Assembly (NCBI GenBank): GCA_963767925.1
Contig: CAVYGB010000013.1
Coordinates: 192,001-256,000 of the forward strand
Direction of reading: 5' to 3'
Source of the DNA: an uncultured delta proteobacterium
GTDB lineage: Bacteria; Myxococcota_A; Polyangia; Fen-1088
DNA: 64,000 nt
Position numbers and translations under genes: made by a program. Below the pieces are notes generated by a model. It was not told where the DNA came from. It worked only from the letters and a program-made list of their open reading frames with translations, and searched no databases. Positions within the stretch are counted from its first letter, which is position 1; the number at the start of each line of letters is the position of its first letter. This document shows, one piece after another, positions 1-9,422 of the stretch.

Positions 1-1
1 C

Positions 2-778
2 CTCGGCGGCGAGATCGACACCGCTCTGCTGGCCCGCTCGTTCCCCGAGGTCGTGACCCGGGCCAGCGGCACCGTCCGGCTCGACGGCAAGCTCGAGGGC
101 AGCCTGGCCGCTCCCCGCCTGGACGGGCAGGTCGAGATCGGCGCCCTGTCGGCCCGGCTCCGCCAGCGGGACCTCGAGATCACGGTCCAGCCGGCGCGCA
201 TCGAGGTGCGCGAGAACCGGGTCACCCTGAGCGGGCTCACCGTCGACACCCGCCCGGGCGGGCGGCTGGTGGTGGGGCCACCCGGGGCGCCCGCTCAGCT
301 CGAGATCCTCAAGCTCGTCCCCTTCGTGATGGGCCAGGTCCGGCTGCCGGTCGCGGGGCGCGGCCTGAACGTCGCCTTGCCCTGGCTCACCTTGCAGCAA
401 GGCGCCTTCGACGTGATCCTGCAGGGGGACGCCGACCAGGGGCCGATCTGGCTGAAGGGTCGGGCCGAGGTCGGCGCCGGTCGCTACTGGCCCCTGCGGG
501 GGCCCCGCACCGGCGGGGCGGGGGGCAACGCCGCCGCCCGGGTCCAGCGCCGGCTACCCCGCTCGATGCGCCCGGCGAGCTTGCCGATCCAGCTCGACCT
601 GCAGGTCGTCGGCGACGGCCAGCGCTTCGTCATCGATCCGGGCTGGCTGCCCGACCTGCACCTCGACCTCGACGTCCGGATCGGCGGCACCGCCGCCCGC
701 CCGCGCGTGGTCTGGGACGCCGATCCCCGCGGGTTGTGGACCCGGTTCGTGATGATGATCTACCGCTGGGTCTCCTGA
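2..778 (+). CDS. 3' part of a TamB/AsmA-like (DUF490-like) beta-rich protein; starts upstream of the window
   Basis: Frame open from base 2; repeated beta motifs (GTVRLDGKLEGSLAAPRLDG, LDLDVRIGGTAARP) typical of TamB C-terminal regions. Confidence 0.6.
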   Translation, partial: LGGEIDTALLARSFPEVVTRASGTVRLDGKLEGSLAAPRLDGQVEIGALSARLRQRDLEITVQPARIEVRENRVTLSGLTVDTRPGGRLVVGPPGAPAQLEILKLVPFVMGQVRLPVAGRGLNVALPWLTLQQGAFDVILQGDADQGPIWLKGRAEVGAGRYWPLRGPRTGGAGGNAAARVQRRLPRSMRPASLPIQLDLQVVGDGQRFVIDPGWLPDLHLDLDVRIGGTAARPRVVWDADPRGLWTRFVMMIYRWVS

Positions 779-2544
779 AAGACGGCGCCGGCGGCCAGCG
801 TGAGCACCACCTGCTTGAGGTGGTTCATGTCGACCGGCTTGGCCACGAAGCTGTGGAACCCCGCCGCCATCGCCCGGGCCCGGTCGTCCTCCCGGGCCAG
901 GGCGGTCAGGGCGATGGCGGGCACGTCGCCGCCCTGGTCGGGCGCCAGGGCCCGGATCTTCCGGAGCAGGCTGCAGCCGTCTTCCCCGGGCATGGCGATG
1001 TCGCTGAGCACCAGGGTCGGCTGGAACTCGGCGACGAGGGCGAAGGCGGCGGCCGCCGAGTCGGCCACCTGCACCAGCGCCCCGGCCTGGGCCAGCATCT
1101 CGGCCACCGCCTCGCGCGTGTCGCGATCGTCGTCGACAACCAGGATGCGCGGGCGCACCGACCCGCTGGGGCCCCGCGCCCGCAGGCCCGACCAGCCCGG
1201 CATGCGGGTCAGGGACATCGTCGCCAGCTCGTGGGCCTCCGTGCGCACCGCCAGCCGGGGCAGCCGCACCGTGAAGGTGGCGCCGCTGCCGGGGCCCGAG
1301 CTGTCCGCCTCGATCGACCCGCCGTGCAGCTCGACGAGGTGGCGGGCGATGGTGAGGCCGAGGCCCAGGCCGCCGTGGGCCCGGGTGGGGGACTTGTCGG
1401 CCTGGGTGAAGCGCTCGAACACCTGGGGCAAGAACGCCGGATCGATGCCGATGCCGGTGTCGCTCACCGAGAGCAGGGCCTCGTCGCCGTCCTCGGTCAG
1501 CGCGACCCGCACCCGCCCCCCTTCGGGCGTGAACTTGATGGCGTTGTTGATCAGGTTGGCCGCCACCTGCTCCAGCCGGACCGGGTCGCCCTCCACCATG
1601 CCCACCGGCTGCAGGTCGCTCTCCACCGTGATCTGCTTGCGCTCGGCCCCCACCTTCGCCGACTCGAAGGTCAGCGCCACCACCGCCCGCAGGTCGACCG
1701 CCCGCAGGTCCATCCGCACCTTGCCGCTGACGATGCCCGAGACGTCGAGCAGGTCGTCGATGAGCTGCTTTTGCATGCGGGTGCCGCGGGCGATCGCCTC
1801 GTAGGCCCGCCGCCGGCGGGGCAGGTCCGGCTCCTTCTCCAGCAACATCTGGGCGTTGACCAGGATGCTCGTGAGGGGCGTGCGCAGCTCGTGCGAGAGG
1901 GTGGCGAGGAACTGATCTTCGGCCCCGTTGGCCCGCTCGGCCTCGGTGCGGGCGGCCACCGCGTCGGCCACCGAGCGGCGGAGGGCGTCGATGTCGACGA
2001 GCGAGAGGATGGCCCCGTCGATGCGGTTGTCGGCGGTCCGGTAGGGGCGGATCTGCAAGCGGTGCCAGCGCCCCTCGCGGTCGCGCACCTCCGACTCCTT
2101 GACCGGCACGCCGTCCATCACCTCGGCGATCTGGCCGTCGAGGTCGGGGACGCCGAGCACCTCGTAGGCGAAGCTGGCCATCGGCCGCCCGACGTCGGTG
2201 GGCTGCAGGTCGAACAGCAGGCGGGCCTTCGGCGTGAAGCGCCGGATGCGCTGGAAGGTGTCGACGATGAGCATCGGGACATCGATCGCCGACACCAGGT
2301 TGAGGAGGTCGCCGTTGATGCGCTCGCACTCGTGGTTGCGCCGGGCCAGCTCCTCGTTCACCGAGGAGAGCTCCTGGTTGACCCGGGTCAGCTCATCGTT
2401 GGTGGCCTCCAGCTTGTTCTGGGCGGCCTGCAGCTCCTCGTTGAGCAGCCGGAGCTCGTCGTTCGCGGTGGCGAGATCGACCGGGCGTGGAGGCACCGCG
2501 CTCGGCACCGTGGTCGAAGAGGGGGATAGGCTGCTCCCTTTCAC
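760..2544 (-). CDS. Hybrid sensor histidine kinase (coiled coil + PAS + HisKA + HATPase + receiver)
   Basis: H-box FLATLSHELRTPL, N-box NLINNAIKFT, G-boxes DTGIG and GLGLGL, receiver ILVVDDD...SDIAMP...KP. Confidence 0.92.
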   Translation of the reverse strand: MKGSSLSPSSTTVPSAVPPRPVDLATANDELRLLNEELQAAQNKLEATNDELTRVNQELSSVNEELARRNHECERINGDLLNLVSAIDVPMLIVDTFQRIRRFTPKARLLFDLQPTDVGRPMASFAYEVLGVPDLDGQIAEVMDGVPVKESEVRDREGRWHRLQIRPYRTADNRIDGAILSLVDIDALRRSVADAVAARTEAERANGAEDQFLATLSHELRTPLTSILVNAQMLLEKEPDLPRRRRAYEAIARGTRMQKQLIDDLLDVSGIVSGKVRMDLRAVDLRAVVALTFESAKVGAERKQITVESDLQPVGMVEGDPVRLEQVAANLINNAIKFTPEGGRVRVALTEDGDEALLSVSDTGIGIDPAFLPQVFERFTQADKSPTRAHGGLGLGLTIARHLVELHGGSIEADSSGPGSGATFTVRLPRLAVRTEAHELATMSLTRMPGWSGLRARGPSGSVRPRILVVDDDRDTREAVAEMLAQAGALVQVADSAAAAFALVAEFQPTLVLSDIAMPGEDGCSLLRKIRALAPDQGGDVPAIALTALAREDDRARAMAAGFHSFVAKPVDMNHLKQVVLTLAAGAVFQETQR

Positions 2545-2807
2545 CAGAGTCTCCCACCTGCCGTGGTTGCACCTTCCTCGATAGCCCCTGTGCTGCGCTG
2601 GGGTGCTATCGATGGTCTCACCCTGCTTTCATCTATGAGGCCTGCCTGGCGCATCCGTCAACGGCAAAGGGCCGCCGCCGCCGCCGGCCCAGCCGAGCGC
2701 GCCGACGACAAAGGTTGCCGCTGGCCCACCTTCCCAGATAACGTCGCCGCCCCTTGGCCGGCGAGGATGACAGACAGGCCGCCCCGCGTGCCGAGACGAC
2801 AGGCGCG

Positions 2808-4130
2808 GTGAAGCTCGTCGCCGCCGCCCTGTTGCTGGGCCTGGCCCTGCAGATCCGCAGCGGCCGCCTCGACCCGATCGCGATCGTCCTGGTGGCGGTC
2901 GCGCTGACCGCTGTCCTGCTCGCGCTGGTGGGTCGACCCTGGCCCGCGCTCGAGCAGCGCGGGGAGCAGGCGGTCGAGCTGGCGCTCGGCGCCGCCCTGG
3001 CGATCACACTGCTGGCCCACCTGCCGCGACCTCCCGGGATTCACCTCACGGTCGTGGGCTTCGCCGGAAGGGCGCCTTTTTTGATCGGGTTGGCGCTGAC
3101 CGCGGCGCTGCTGGGCTTCGACTTCTGGCGACCGGCGCGGGCGCGGGCCTGGCGCGCGCCGCTGCTGATCGGCCTCTTCCTCCTGCTCGGGGGCTGGGTG
3201 GTCCGGCATTCGCCCGACCCTCAGATCGACGTGTTCATCTTCCAGCGCGACGCCGCCGCCGCTCTCCTCGCCGGCGACAACCCGTACCGCCTGACCTTCC
3301 CCAACATCTACGGCGACCGGCCCTACTACGGCGCCGGGCTGGCCTCGGCGGGGCGCCTCAACTTCGGGTTTCCCTATCCGCCCCTGAGCCTCTTTCTGGC
3401 CCTGCCTGGCGCGCTCGCCGGCGACTTCCGCTACGCCCAGCTCGTGGCGATGGCGGGGGCGGGCGCCATCATGGCGGCGCTTCAGCGGGGGCGGATCGGG
3501 TTCCTCGCCGCCGCCCTCTACCTGTTCTCACCGCGGACCTTCTTCGTCCTCGAGCAGGGGTGGACCGAGCCGTTCCTGGTGCTGCTGGCCGCCGCCGTGT
3601 TGCTGGCCGCCCGCCGCGGGCGGGCGCTGCTGCCGGTCGCCATCGGGCTGTTCGTCGCCAGCAAGCAATACCTGGTGCTGGCCCTGCCGGTGTTGCCGCT
3701 GCTCTGGCGGGACCGGCAGGCCCGCCCGCCCTTCGGCCGCAGCGCCGTCCTCGCCGCCGCGACCGCCGCGCTGGTCACGCTCCCGCTCGCCCTGTGGGAC
3801 TGGCCCCCCTTCTGGCACAGCGTCGCCCTGCAAACCGCCCAGCCCTTCCGGGACGATGCGCTCAGCTTCCTGGCGGTGGTGGCGTACCTGACCGGTTACC
3901 GCCCGTCCAGCCTGATCGCCTTCGTAGCCGCCGCGGCGGCGATGGTCGCCGCCTGGCGCCGCTGTCCCCGCACCCCCGCCGGCCTCGCCCTGGCCCTCAG
4001 CCTCGTGTTCTTCGGCTTCTTCGCCTTCAACAAGCAGGCGTTCTGCAACTACTACCACTTCGTCGTCGGCACCTTGTGCCTGGCCATCGCGGCCTGGCCC
4101 CCGGTCGCTCCCGATCGCGCGCGCACCTGA
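2808..4130 (+). CDS. Polytopic membrane protein, GT-C/GT87-like glycosyltransferase
   Basis: Many TM segments; IDV...NPY, FPYPP, TEP and SKQY motifs as in GT87-like enzymes; start taken at GTG 2808 (ORF open from 2754). Confidence 0.6.
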   Translation: MKLVAAALLLGLALQIRSGRLDPIAIVLVAVALTAVLLALVGRPWPALEQRGEQAVELALGAALAITLLAHLPRPPGIHLTVVGFAGRAPFLIGLALTAALLGFDFWRPARARAWRAPLLIGLFLLLGGWVVRHSPDPQIDVFIFQRDAAAALLAGDNPYRLTFPNIYGDRPYYGAGLASAGRLNFGFPYPPLSLFLALPGALAGDFRYAQLVAMAGAGAIMAALQRGRIGFLAAALYLFSPRTFFVLEQGWTEPFLVLLAAAVLLAARRGRALLPVAIGLFVASKQYLVLALPVLPLLWRDRQARPPFGRSAVLAAATAALVTLPLALWDWPPFWHSVALQTAQPFRDDALSFLAVVAYLTGYRPSSLIAFVAAAAAMVAAWRRCPRTPAGLALALSLVFFGFFAFNKQAFCNYYHFVVGTLCLAIAAWPPVAPDRART

Positions 4131-4158
4131 GGGCCGCCCCGCCCGCGGCGGTCTATAT

Positions 4159-5985
4159 TTGCCGGGCATGTTCCGGGCATCCGAGGTCGCCGTCCGCCGC
4201 TCGCCGATCTGGTTGACCGCCTGGCTGGGCCTGGCCCTCGCGCCGGGGTGCCTGTGCGCGCGCCCGCCCGCGACCGACGCGCCCCTGGCGGCGGTCTGGG
4301 CGGTGGGCGACGGGACGGCGATCGCCCGCGACGCCGGCGATCCGCCCGCCACCTCCCTCGTGTGGGACGGGACGCGGGTCAACCTGTTCGCCGCCAGCAA
4401 CGAGATCGTCGCCTTCCAGCTCGTGGTCCGCGCCGGCCGCCGGGGCATCCGGGAGCTGCGAGCCGAGCTGCCCCACCTGACCGCCGCGACCGGCGGGCGC
4501 ATCACCTACCGCCCGCCCGGGCCCGATCCCTCCGACTTCGCCGGCCGGCCGATCCAGATCTTCTCGGTCGGGTACCAGGACATCCGCCGGCCCAGCCGGG
4601 CCGACTGGATCTACCACCCCGGCGGCCCCGACGCGCCCCGCGATCCCCTGGGGCCCAAGCCGGTGCAGCTCATCCCGGAGAACGCCCGCGCCGGGCGCGG
4701 GGGTTTTCCCCTGGCGGTGGCGGCCGGGCAGAACCAGGCGCTCTGGTTCGAGGTGTACACCGGCGGCGCGCGCGCGCCCGGCCGGTACCGGGGCGACCTC
4801 CGCCTCACCGCCGACGGCCAGACCACCCTGGTCCCGGTCGAGCTGGAGGTGCTCGGCTTCCGCCTGCCCGACGAGAACGCGGTGGCGGCGATGGTCTACT
4901 ACGAGAGCGAGCAGCCGCGCCTCTATCAGGGCCAGGACCTCGACCCCGTCTACCACCGCTTCGCCCACCGCCAGCGCATCGAGCTGGTCCAGGGCCACGA
5001 CCTGGCCAGCGTCCGCGCCGCCCTGGGCCGCTTCGACGGGCGCGACTTCGCGGCCGAGCGCTACGAGGGGCCGGGGCAGGGGGTGGGAAACCGGATCGTC
5101 CCCGCCTCGTTCTACGGCCCCGGCAAGGAGTGGGACGACCGGGCCAGCGCCTGGTCGCGCGCCGACGCCTGGATGGGCTTCCTCGCCGAGCACCTGCCGC
5201 GCGCCATCACCTTCCTCTACATGCCCGACGAGCCGCCGCCCGAGCAGTTCCCCTACATCCGCACGCTCGCCGACAACGTCCGCTCGAACCCGGGGCCCGG
5301 CCGGCGCCTGCCCATCCTCGTCACCCGGCCCTTCACGCCCGAGCTGACCGGGGCGATCGACATCTGGTGCTCGACGGCGCTCGACTTCGACCCGGGGCAG
5401 GCGGCGGCGCAGCGGGCGGCCGGGCGGCAGTGGTGGCTCTACAACGGGGGGCGGCCCGCCGGTCCCGCCCTCGTCATCGAGGCGCCGCCCAGCGACGCGC
5501 GCGTGCTGGGCTGGGCCGCTTTCAAGGCCGGGGTGCAGGTCTACTTTTTCTGGCACGCGGTGCACTGGCGCCACAACCACCAGAAGCGGGTCGGCGACCG
5601 CAACCAGAACGTCTGGGCCGAGCCGATCACCTTCGACGCGCGCGACGCCAGCGGCAAGGGCGACTTCGCCAACGGCGAGGGCGTGCTGCTCTACCCCGGC
5701 ACCGACCGCCTGCACCCCGACCAGGACCGGGGCATCGCCGGCCCCATCTCCACCCTGCGCCTGGCCAACCTGCGCCGGGGCCTGCAGGATCACCTCTACC
5801 TCACGCTGGCCCGGCAACGCGGCCACGAGGCCCTGGTGGCCGAGGCCCTGAGCGCGGTGGTCCCGGTCCTGTTCACGGAGGCCAAGGGCAAGGTCCGGTT
5901 CGCCGAGGAGACCGACACCTTCGAGCGGTTCCGCCTGCGGCTGGGGCGGGCGCTGGCCGGCGGATCCGACGCCCGGCCCCGCTGA
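4159..5985 (+). CDS. Secreted glycoside hydrolase-like protein (GH123/DUF4091-like)
   Basis: Signal peptide; NEIVAFQ; DEP acid pair (YMPDEP); C-terminal GEGVLLYPG...STLRLANLRRGLQD. Confidence 0.7.
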   Translation: MPGMFRASEVAVRRSPIWLTAWLGLALAPGCLCARPPATDAPLAAVWAVGDGTAIARDAGDPPATSLVWDGTRVNLFAASNEIVAFQLVVRAGRRGIRELRAELPHLTAATGGRITYRPPGPDPSDFAGRPIQIFSVGYQDIRRPSRADWIYHPGGPDAPRDPLGPKPVQLIPENARAGRGGFPLAVAAGQNQALWFEVYTGGARAPGRYRGDLRLTADGQTTLVPVELEVLGFRLPDENAVAAMVYYESEQPRLYQGQDLDPVYHRFAHRQRIELVQGHDLASVRAALGRFDGRDFAAERYEGPGQGVGNRIVPASFYGPGKEWDDRASAWSRADAWMGFLAEHLPRAITFLYMPDEPPPEQFPYIRTLADNVRSNPGPGRRLPILVTRPFTPELTGAIDIWCSTALDFDPGQAAAQRAAGRQWWLYNGGRPAGPALVIEAPPSDARVLGWAAFKAGVQVYFFWHAVHWRHNHQKRVGDRNQNVWAEPITFDARDASGKGDFANGEGVLLYPGTDRLHPDQDRGIAGPISTLRLANLRRGLQDHLYLTLARQRGHEALVAEALSAVVPVLFTEAKGKVRFAEETDTFERFRLRLGRALAGGSDARPR

Positions 5986-6063
5986 TGGCGCGCGGATCGC
6001 ACGGCGGTACCCCCATGTATTCCCTTCGTTTACAACCGGCCGGAGACGGGCCAAGGTTGGGGC

Positions 6064-7980
6064 ATGGACATCCCGAGAGATCGCGCCTGGCGCCCCCTGC
6101 TTCCCGCGCTGTTCCTTGGTGCTGTCGGGGGTGCTGTCGGGCTGGGGGCCTGCCGGACCACCGGCGATCTCCCGGCCATCGCCCCCCCGGGGAGCCCCAC
6201 CTCGGAGGCCGTCCCCAAGGACGAGCACACCTGGTCGCAGCCCAACCAGGTCCGCGTCAAACACGTCAAGCTGGCTCTGACCCTCGACTTCGAGGGGCGC
6301 AACGCCGTCGGCAACGTCGAGCTCTCCTTCGATCGCAAGAACCTGACCGCGCCGCTGGTGCTCGACGCCCGCGGCCTGGAGATCCAGAACGTCTCGGGGG
6401 CGAACGGCAAGGGTCGCTCCTTCCAGCTCGGCAAGGAGGTCGAGGGCCTGGGCGCCCCCCTGACCATCACCCTCGAGCCCGACGACACCCAGGTCCGGAT
6501 CGGCTACCGCACCACCGCGCGCGCCGAGGCCCTGCAGTGGCTCGAGCCCGAGCAGACGCGCGAGAAGCGCAAACCCTTCCTGTTCACCCAGGGGCAGTCG
6601 ATCTTGACCCGCACCTGGATCCCGCTGCAGGACACCCCCGGGGTGCGCGTGACCTACGAGGCCAGCGTGCGCGCCCCCGAGGGCATCACGGTGGTGATGA
6701 GCGCCGAGCAGCTCGGCCGGGGCGCCGACGGCGCCTGGCGCTTCCGCATGACCCAGCCCATCCCCTCGTACCTGATCGCGCTGGCGGCGGGAGACCTGGC
6801 CTTCGAGGCCATCTCCCCCCGGGCCGGCATCTGGGCCGAGCCGTCTCTCGTGAAGTCGGCGCGCGACGAGCTCGCCGACACCGAGAAGATGATCCAGGCG
6901 GCCGAGGCGCTGTTCGGGCCCTACCGCTGGGGCCGCTACGACATCATCGTGTTGCCCCCCTCGTTCCCCTTCGGCGGGATGGAGAACCCCCGCCTGACCT
7001 TCGCCACCCCCACCATCTTGGCCGGGGACAAGTCCCTGGTGACCCTGGTGGCCCACGAGCTGGCCCACTCCTGGTCGGGCAACCTCGTCACCAACGCCAC
7101 CTGGCGCGACTTCTGGCTCAACGAGGGCTTCACCAGCTACTTCGAGGGGCGAATCATGGAACGGGTGTTCGGCGTCGAGCGCGCCAAGCTCGAGAAGCAG
7201 CTCGCCCGCGACGAGCTGGAGCGCGAGCTGGTCGAGCTGCAGCCCTGGCAGCAGGTGCTGCACGTCGACCTCACCCAGCGCCACCCCGACGAGGCCTTCT
7301 CCGGCGTGCCCTACGAGAAGGGCTCCCTGTTCCTGCAGCGGCTCGAGGCGGCCTTCGGGCGGCCGGCGTTCGACGTCTTTCTGCGGAGCTGGTTCGACAG
7401 CCACGCCTTCCGCAGCGTGACCACCGCCGACTTCGTCGGCTTCATGAAGCAGAAGCTGTTCCCGACCAACCCGGGCAAGGCCGCCGGCATCGACCTCGCC
7501 ACCTGGCTGGAAAAGCCCGGCCTTCCCGCCGACGCGCCCCGCACCGCCAGCCAGGCGCTCACCCGGGTGGACGCCGAGCGGCAGCGCTTCCTGTCCGGGG
7601 TGGCGGCCGCCAAGCTCGACACGAAGGGCTGGGTCACCCAGCAGTGGCAGCACCTGATCAAGACCTTGCCCGCCGACATCGCCCTCGACCGCATGGCCGA
7701 CCTCGACAGCGCCTTCCGCCTGACCGCCTCCGGCAACAGCGAGATCCTCAGCGACTGGCTGCTGCTCGCCATCAAGCGCCGCTACGCCCCCGCCGACGAC
7801 CGCCTGGCCGAGTTCCTCCTCACCTGCGGCCGCCGCAAGTTCCTCAAGCCCCTCTACACCGAGCTGGCCCGCACCGAAGACGGCAAGAAAAAAGCCCGCG
7901 CCATCTACGCCCGCGCCCGCCCCCTCTACCACGCCGTCTCCACCGGCACGATCGACCAGATCCTGGGGTGGAAGAGCTAG
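6064..7980 (+). CDS. M1 family zinc aminopeptidase (leukotriene A4 hydrolase-like), probable lipoprotein
   Basis: GGMEN exopeptidase motif, HELAH...NEG zinc motif, YEKG; lipobox LGAC. Confidence 0.95.
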   Translation: MDIPRDRAWRPLLPALFLGAVGGAVGLGACRTTGDLPAIAPPGSPTSEAVPKDEHTWSQPNQVRVKHVKLALTLDFEGRNAVGNVELSFDRKNLTAPLVLDARGLEIQNVSGANGKGRSFQLGKEVEGLGAPLTITLEPDDTQVRIGYRTTARAEALQWLEPEQTREKRKPFLFTQGQSILTRTWIPLQDTPGVRVTYEASVRAPEGITVVMSAEQLGRGADGAWRFRMTQPIPSYLIALAAGDLAFEAISPRAGIWAEPSLVKSARDELADTEKMIQAAEALFGPYRWGRYDIIVLPPSFPFGGMENPRLTFATPTILAGDKSLVTLVAHELAHSWSGNLVTNATWRDFWLNEGFTSYFEGRIMERVFGVERAKLEKQLARDELERELVELQPWQQVLHVDLTQRHPDEAFSGVPYEKGSLFLQRLEAAFGRPAFDVFLRSWFDSHAFRSVTTADFVGFMKQKLFPTNPGKAAGIDLATWLEKPGLPADAPRTASQALTRVDAERQRFLSGVAAAKLDTKGWVTQQWQHLIKTLPADIALDRMADLDSAFRLTASGNSEILSDWLLLAIKRRYAPADDRLAEFLLTCGRRKFLKPLYTELARTEDGKKKARAIYARARPLYHAVSTGTIDQILGWKS

Positions 7981-7984
7981 GAAG

Positions 7985-8375
7985 CGGGGAAGAGGGCGCA
8001 GCAGACTGCGCCCCCTCCCCCGAGCCCTCTCCCCGGAGGAGGTAAGGCGAAACCGCGGCTGCGACGCCGTGTCTCTCCGGCAGGCGGAGCCCGCCTCCGA
8101 ACGCAGAAAGTGGAGCGCTTGGTGAGGCGAAGGCAGGTGGTGGAAGGAGGGCAGGTTGGTCGGAGGATCACCCCGCGCGGGGGCGTCCAGCCATCACCTT
8201 TCCCCGCGGTTCGCGGTTGGTGCCGGGCGGGGGTGCCCCCCCTATCACCTCTCCCCGCGGTCTGCCGTGGGGAGAGGTCGGCGCGTCTGCGCGCCGGGTG
8301 AGGGGCCTCCGGCGTGGCAACCGCCCCTCACCCTCGACCCTCTCCCCGCGGCCGCAGACGTCCGCGGGGAGAGGG
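7985..8375. repeat. Cluster of REP-like CCCTCTCCCC...GGGGAGAGGG hairpins
   Basis: Hairpins at about 7985-8035, 8247-8306 and 8324-8375; partial direct copy at 8193-8210. Confidence 0.7.
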
Positions 8376-8385
8376 CAAACGGGCA

Positions 8386-8649
8386 GCGGGTTGGCCGACG
8401 TCATCGCCCGAGCCCGCGCCGGGAGCGAACAACGGATCAGCGGTGTTCAGGGTGGCTCCGGGCCGCTCGCTCGAGCGGGTTGGCCGACGTCATCGCGAGC
8501 CTGCGCCGGGAGCGAACAACGGATCAGCGGTGTTCAGGGTGGCTCCGGGCCGCTCGCTCGAGCGGGTTGGCCGACGTCATCGCGAGCCCGCGCCGGGAGC
8601 GAACAACGGTTCAGCGGTGTTCGGCGTGGCTCCGGGTCCGCTCGCTCGA
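8386..8649. repeat. Tandem repeat, 3 copies of an 87-89 bp unit
   Basis: Units begin gcgggttggccgacgtcatcgc at 8386, 8475 and 8562; near-identical. Confidence 0.95.
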
Positions 8650-8700
8650 GCGGCCCGTGGGGGGGGCTGAGAGTGGTGGGAGGGGAGGTAGAATGGGCGG

Positions 8701-9054
8701 GTGATTGAAGCGCTGGTGGCGGTGCTGTTGCTGGTGTTCGTGGCCGCGCTGGGCTGGATGAGCCCGGACGGCCTCCTGGCCTTCGGCACCGCCGTGGCCG
8801 TGGCCGGCCTCGGCGCGAGCCTCGTGGTCGGCGTCGTCTACCACCTCCGCCTGCGCGCCGCCGTGGCCCGCAAGCGCCTGCTTCCCCCCCGCTGGTGGCT
8901 AGCCCCCTCCCGCCTCCACAGCCTCCTCGACGCCGACGAGCGAATGACCGTCCTCCCCTTCTTCGTCGCCGGCGTCGTCCTGGTAGCCATCTGCTTCGCC
9001 GGCCTCCTCCTCGTCACCCTCGGCGCCATAAAAGCCTACGTCCTCACCCGCTAG
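8701..9054 (+). CDS. Small membrane protein, unknown function
   Basis: 117 aa, three hydrophobic segments, GC-rich third codon positions. Confidence 0.75.
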   Translation: MIEALVAVLLLVFVAALGWMSPDGLLAFGTAVAVAGLGASLVVGVVYHLRLRAAVARKRLLPPRWWLAPSRLHSLLDADERMTVLPFFVAGVVLVAICFAGLLLVTLGAIKAYVLTR

Positions 9055-9078
9055 TCCCCTGGAACAGTGAAGGGTGTT

Positions 9079-9396
9079 CTAGCGACGCTCGCGTAGCTGG
9101 TCCAGCGTGCTCTGGAGAGAGCTCTTCAGCCGGTCCGCCGCACCGGCGACAGCCTGGGCCAGGGTGGCTGCCTCGCAAGTCACCGCCGTGGGTTGCCGTC
9201 CCATGAGGCGGGCTTCCAGCATGCACCGTTTGTCGTTTTGGCCACTCTTGTCACCATTTTCGTCGCTGAGATGAACTTCCACGCGTGTGACGTGAGCGCT
9301 CAAGTGGCTCAGCGATCTGGTGATCGTGGCCTCCACCTGGGCCACGAGCCCCTCGTGTCCTTCAATGTTCTTGTCAGTGTTAACTTGAATTTGCAT
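9079..9396 (-). CDS. HPF/RaiA family ribosome-associated protein
   Basis: MQIQVNTD...ITRSLSHLSAHVTRVEVHLSDENG...DKRCMLEARL pattern; RBS-like GAAGGA upstream. Confidence 0.88.
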   Translation of the reverse strand: MQIQVNTDKNIEGHEGLVAQVEATITRSLSHLSAHVTRVEVHLSDENGDKSGQNDKRCMLEARLMGRQPTAVTCEAATLAQAVAGAADRLKSSLQSTLDQLRERR

Positions 9397-9422
9397 GGGT
9401 CTTGTTCCTTCGTTGGAGTGGG

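Noticed and set aside
4153..8045. Very long overlapping ORFs (for example 4153-7932 minus, 4248-8045 plus; also 19710-22907, 46165-49593, 55569-59225)
   Set aside because: Shadow frames of real genes in high-GC DNA; low-complexity R/P/G/A content and no motifs
8386..8649. CRISPR array
   Set aside because: Units repeat end to end with no unique spacers, and no cas genes are present
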